Positions 38,127 through 41,747 of a stretch of DNA of 41,747 nt are shown here, piece by piece. The stretch lies in NCBI GenBank assembly GCA_964543655.1, contig CAZIZE010000067.1, positions 1 to 41,747 of the forward strand, read 5' to 3'. The DNA is from an uncultured bacterium. Its GTDB lineage: Bacteria; DYJV01. Within the stretch, counting starts at the first letter, position 1, and every line of letters begins with the position of its first letter. The position numbers were made by a program, and so were the translations under genes. Under the pieces are notes generated by a model. That model worked only from the letters and a program-made list of their open reading frames with translations. It was not told the DNA's origin and searched no databases.

Positions 38127-39407
38127 ATGTTAGATATTAAATTCATTAGGCAAAATATTGAAAAAGTAGAAAACATGCTAAAAGCAAGAAATACCAGTGT
38201 TAACCTTGAAGAATTTAAAACTCTTGAAGAAAAGAGAAGAAAGTTAATAACAGAAACAGAGCAGTTAAAATCTGAACGAAATAAGAAAAATAAAGAAATT
38301 GCCTCTATGCGAAAAAATGGTGAAAATGCTCAGAGCTTAATTGCCCAAATGCAACAGATCTCCTCCACCATTAAGGAAAAAGAGGCTGAGCTAAAGAAAA
38401 TAGAGGAAAAATTTGAGGAAATAATTTTAAATATTCCCAATATGCTTCATGAATCTGTACCTATTGGTAAAGATGAAAATGATAATGTGGAATACAGAGT
38501 CTGGGGTAAAAAACCAGAATTTGATTTTGAGCCTAAAAACCACTGGGAAATTGGTGAAAAGCTTGGAATACTTGATTTTGAAAGGGCAGCCAAATTAACT
38601 GGTGCAAGATTTTCACTATACTTAAAAGAAGGAGCACAGCTTGAAAGAGCTTTAATAAACTTTATGCTTGACCTGCACACAACAGAGCATGGGTATACAG
38701 AAACTCTTCCTCCATTTATGGTTAATAGGGCGACAATGACTGGCACCGGACAATTACCTAAATTTGAAGAAGATTTATTCAAAATTGAAGGGATTGACTA
38801 CTTTTTAATACCAACAGCAGAAGTGCCTGTTACAAATATTTTTGCAAATGAAATATTAAAAGAAGATGATCTACCCCTCTATTTTACTGCATATACACCA
38901 TGTTTTAGAAAAGAAGCAGGTTCTTATGGAAAAGATACCAAAGGATTAATCAGACAGCATCAATTTAATAAAGTTGAACTTGTAAAATTTTCAAAACCAG
39001 AAGAATCATACAATGAGCTTGAAAAATTATTGGAAAATGCAGAGGAAGTTCTAAAAAAATTAGGTATTCATTATAGGGTTGTAACACTATGTAGTGGAGA
39101 CACTGGTTTTTCAGCTGCAAAAACTTATGACATTGAGGTATGGCTACCAGGTCAGCAGAAATACAGGGAAATTTCATCCTGCTCAAATTTTGAAGATTTT
39201 CAGGCAAGACGTGCAAAAATAAGATTTAAAAGAAAAGGTAAAAAAGGAACAGAGTTTGTACATACTTTAAATGGCTCTGGCCTCGCAGTAGGCAGAACTT
39301 TTGTTGCTATTTTGGAAAATTACCAGCAGGAAGATGGCTCAGTGGTTATCCCAGAGGTTCTTAGAAAATATATGGGTGGGAAAAAAGTTATAACTCCCAA
39401 CAGCTAA
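38127..39407 (+). CDS. serS: Seryl-tRNA synthetase
   Basis: N-terminal coiled-coil arm, class II motifs ([30 protein letters not shown]). 426 aa. ATG abuts the upstream stop. Confidence 0.9.
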   Translation: MLDIKFIRQNIEKVENMLKARNTSVNLEEFKTLEEKRRKLITETEQLKSERNKKNKEIASMRKNGENAQSLIAQMQQISSTIKEKEAELKKIEEKFEEIILNIPNMLHESVPIGKDENDNVEYRVWGKKPEFDFEPKNHWEIGEKLGILDFERAAKLTGARFSLYLKEGAQLERALINFMLDLHTTEHGYTETLPPFMVNRATMTGTGQLPKFEEDLFKIEGIDYFLIPTAEVPVTNIFANEILKEDDLPLYFTAYTPCFRKEAGSYGKDTKGLIRQHQFNKVELVKFSKPEESYNELEKLLENAEEVLKKLGIHYRVVTLCSGDTGFSAAKTYDIEVWLPGQQKYREISSCSNFEDFQARRAKIRFKRKGKKGTEFVHTLNGSGLAVGRTFVAILENYQQEDGSVVIPEVLRKYMGGKKVITPNS

Positions 39408-39462
39408 CTTGAAAAATTTTTAAAGATATATTAATAAAATAAAAAACTTAAAAGGAGTGGAA

Positions 39463-40218
39463 ATGGCTGGACATAATAAATGGAGCTCCATAAAACATAG
39501 AAAAGCTGCTGTTGATGCAAAACGAGGTAAGATATTTACAAAATTAATCAGAGAAATTACAGTTGCTGCTAAAACAGGTGGTGGTAACCCAGAGACAAAC
39601 ACAAGACTTAGAGCAGCCATTGCAGCTGCCAAAGATGCTAATATGCCAAAAGATAACATAGAAAAAGCAATTAAGAGAGGCACAGGAGAGCTTGAAGGTG
39701 TAAATTATGAAGAGATAAAGTATGAAGGTTACGGTCCTGGCGGTGCTGCAGTGCTTGTGGAGGTTTTAACTGATAATAGAAATAGAGCAGCTTCTGAAAT
39801 CAGGCATATTTTTAGTAAAAACAATGGCTCTCTTGGTGAATCAGGTTGTGTTAGCTGGTTGTTTGATAAAAAAGGTCTAATTACTGTTTCAAAAGAGGTT
39901 GCTGATGAAGATACACTTTTTGATATAGCAATAGAAGCTGGAGCTGATGACATTACAGAAGCTGATGATGGTAAAACATTTGAAATTGTTTGTGAGGTTT
40001 CTGCTTTTGAAGATGTAAAAAAAGCATTATCTGAGAATAATATTAGCTATATAGAAGCAACTATTACAATGATTCCTCAAAATAGCGTAAAGCTCACAGG
40101 TAAAGATGCTGAAAATATGATAAAACTAATGAATGCTCTTGAAGATTCTGACGATGTTCAAAAAGTTTACTCCAATTTTGACATTGAAGACTCTATTTTA
40201 GAGCAATTTGCAGGATAG
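39463..40218 (+). CDS. yebC: YebC/PmpR-family transcriptional regulator
   Basis: [16 protein letters not shown]-terminus, with AAGGAG 7 nt upstream of ATG 39463. The track ORF starts at GTG 39457. Confidence 0.85.
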   Translation: MAGHNKWSSIKHRKAAVDAKRGKIFTKLIREITVAAKTGGGNPETNTRLRAAIAAAKDANMPKDNIEKAIKRGTGELEGVNYEEIKYEGYGPGGAAVLVEVLTDNRNRAASEIRHIFSKNNGSLGESGCVSWLFDKKGLITVSKEVADEDTLFDIAIEAGADDITEADDGKTFEIVCEVSAFEDVKKALSENNISYIEATITMIPQNSVKLTGKDAENMIKLMNALEDSDDVQKVYSNFDIEDSILEQFAG

Positions 40219-40709
40219 TGTTAGTTATTGGAATAGACCCAGGTACAAAGATAACAGGGTATGGGATTATTAGAAAAAAAGGAAATAATTTTTTATATAT
40301 TTCAAGTGGCATTTTCAACTTAAAGCTATTTCCTGACATTCAGACCAAGCTGAAATGTCTTTACAACGATTTTATTAAGCTACTTGATTATTATAACCCA
40401 GATTCAGTGGCTATTGAGGATATTTTTTACTCAAAAAATGTAAAATCAACTATTAAGTTAGGTTATGTTAAAGGAGCCATATTTCTTGCTGCAATCCATA
40501 GGGGTATTAAAGTAGTTGAGTATGAACCAACAAAGGTAAAATCCACTGTTACTGGCAATGGCAGGGCAACAAAAGATTCTGTTAGAAAAATGATAAATTG
40601 CCTTATTGATAATCTCCCTGAAATAAAACATACTGACGAGTCAGATGCTCTGGCAATTGCATATTGCCATATTACAGAGGAAAATTTTAAAAATTTTTTA
40701 GAGAGGTAA
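40218..40709 (+). CDS. ruvC: Holliday junction resolvase RuvC
   Basis: GTG start overlaps the yebC stop (TAGTG). IGIDPGTKITGYGII catalytic Asp and a C-terminal DESDALAIA. 163 aa. Confidence 0.9.
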   Translation: MLVIGIDPGTKITGYGIIRKKGNNFLYISSGIFNLKLFPDIQTKLKCLYNDFIKLLDYYNPDSVAIEDIFYSKNVKSTIKLGYVKGAIFLAAIHRGIKVVEYEPTKVKSTVTGNGRATKDSVRKMINCLIDNLPEIKHTDESDALAIAYCHITEENFKNFLER

Positions 40710-40712
40710 AAT

Positions 40713-41300
40713 TTGATAGGTTTTTTAAAAGGTAAAATTTTAAAAAAAGATTTTGATTATCTAATTGTAGATGTAAATGGAGTTGGTTATAAAGTAATGG
40801 CTCCAATTTCCACTACCTGCAATATTAATGGATCCAATGTGGAGCTATTAATTGAAACCATTGTAAAGGAAGACTCTATTACACTTTACGGTTTCCTAAC
40901 AGAAGAGGAAAAAGAGCTTTTCAATAAACTTATGACTGTTTCAAAAATTGGTCCAAAGCTTGCACTTACAATTTTATCAGGTTTATCTGTTGAAAAAATC
41001 ATTATGGCAATTCAAAATAACAATATTAAACTACTATCTTCAATCCCTGGAGTTGGCAAAAAAACTGCAGAAAGAATATGCTTTGATTTAAAGGACAAAT
41101 TTAAAGAAACTCAGAAAATATCAGAATCTTCACAAAATTTATTAACAGACAAAGAGAAAGACTTATCAGACGCCCTTATATCACTTGGTTATAAATCTTC
41201 TGAGATTAAAACACCTGTTGAAAAAGTTATAAAAAAATATAAAGATGAGCCTATTGAAAACCTGATTAAATATGTTTTAAATGAGCTGTACAATGGTTAA
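40713..41300 (+). CDS. ruvA: Holliday junction DNA helicase subunit RuvA
   Basis: TTG start with GAGAGG 6 nt upstream. MIGFLKG N-terminus, HhH motifs ([22 protein letters not shown]), and a C-terminal domain III. Confidence 0.9.
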   Translation: MIGFLKGKILKKDFDYLIVDVNGVGYKVMAPISTTCNINGSNVELLIETIVKEDSITLYGFLTEEEKELFNKLMTVSKIGPKLALTILSGLSVEKIIMAIQNNNIKLLSSIPGVGKKTAERICFDLKDKFKETQKISESSQNLLTDKEKDLSDALISLGYKSSEIKTPVEKVIKKYKDEPIENLIKYVLNELYNG

Positions 41301-41747
41301 AAAAAGTGAATTTTTAGTAAAAGATGAATTTGAAGAAACTTTACGTCCCACAAAATTAGACCAGTTTGTTGGACAGGAAAAGTTAAAAAATAATTTAAAA
41401 ACTTTTATTCAAGCTGCTATTAACAGAAAAGAAGCACTTGACCATATCCTTTTTTATGGGCCACCAGGTCTTGGAAAAACTACTCTTGCAAATATTATTT
41501 CAAGTGAGTTAAATGTTAATATACGCTCCACTTCTGGACCAATCCTTGAGCGTGGTGGGGATCTTGCTGCAATTTTAACAAATCTTTCTGAAAATGATGT
41601 ACTCTCTATTGATGAAATACATAGAATGAATAGAACTGTGGAAGAAATTTTATATCCTGCTATGGAAGATTTTAAAATAGATATAATAATTGGCCAGGGT
41701 CCAACAGCTAAAAGTGTTAAGCTAAATTTAAATAGGTTTACTCTTAT
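41293..41747 (+). CDS. ruvB: Holliday junction DNA helicase RuvB, N-terminal 151 aa; continues past the window end
   Basis: Manual translation gives [32 protein letters not shown]...[18 protein letters not shown]...DEIHRMN: Walker A and Walker B (DEIH). Overlaps ruvA by 8 nt. Confidence 0.9.
   Translation, partial: MVKKSEFLVKDEFEETLRPTKLDQFVGQEKLKNNLKTFIQAAINRKEALDHILFYGPPGLGKTTLANIISSELNVNIRSTSGPILERGGDLAAILTNLSENDVLSIDEIHRMNRTVEEILYPAMEDFKIDIIIGQGPTAKSVKLNLNRFTL

Noticed and set aside
1-41747. CRISPR arrays, tRNA or rRNA genes, transposases, integrases and phage genes
   Set aside because: I scanned both strands for regularly spaced direct repeats, T-loop-like GTTCGA/GGTTCAA motifs in intergenic gaps, and IS-type ORFs. 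I found none. All gaps longer than 100 nt are accounted for as promoters, terminators or leaders.

Overview
This 41.7-kb window is AT-rich (about 30% GC by eye) and is densely packed with housekeeping genes. The source appears to be a diderm bacterium: it has a TolC-like outer-membrane protein, a TonB-dependent receptor, a SurA-like lipoprotein and RseP. Almost every gene of 300 aa or more can be assigned by family recognition, and gene order follows well-known conserved clusters.

On the minus strand I recognise:
- rimP-nusA-ylxR/ylxQ-infB-DUF503-rbfA-nrnA-truB-rpsO-pnp, followed by an SPFH protein, DUF2065 and queA;
- a rpsB-tsf-pyrH-frr cluster, followed by a small 2x[4Fe-4S] ferredoxin that the 60-aa ORF track missed;
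- uppS-cdsA-dxr-rseP-tsaB;
- fabG-bioD.

On the plus strand I recognise:
- an accessory-looking operon of a tsaA/YaeB-like gene, a TolC-like OMP, an RND adaptor, an RND pump and nhaA, behind a near-consensus sigma70 promoter;
- a TonB-dependent receptor, a lipoprotein-type periplasmic binding protein and a SAM methyltransferase;
- ychF, a lipoprotein, an HgdB-like protein and serS;
- yebC-ruvC-ruvA-ruvB, with ruvB running off the window end.

I see no CRISPR array, no tRNA or rRNA genes, no transposase, integrase or phage genes, and no recognisable defence or toxin-antitoxin module.

What is worth a second look is therefore regulatory or architectural rather than a new system:
- intrinsic-terminator-like hairpins sit immediately upstream of rimP and of uppS, in an attenuator-like position;
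- the rpsB leader has mutually exclusive pairings next to its Shine-Dalgarno sequence and an A11/T11 tract;
- YlxR and an L7Ae-like YlxQ domain are fused into one protein;
- a 5-codon uORF is coupled to the tsaA-like gene at the head of the efflux/nhaA operon;
- the receptor operon has a structured leader with three short hairpins that each carry GAAGA;
- a 28-nt imperfect repeat with a palindromic core occurs twice, about 26 kb apart.

All calls come from reading the sequence and ORF translations by eye. No database search was run.
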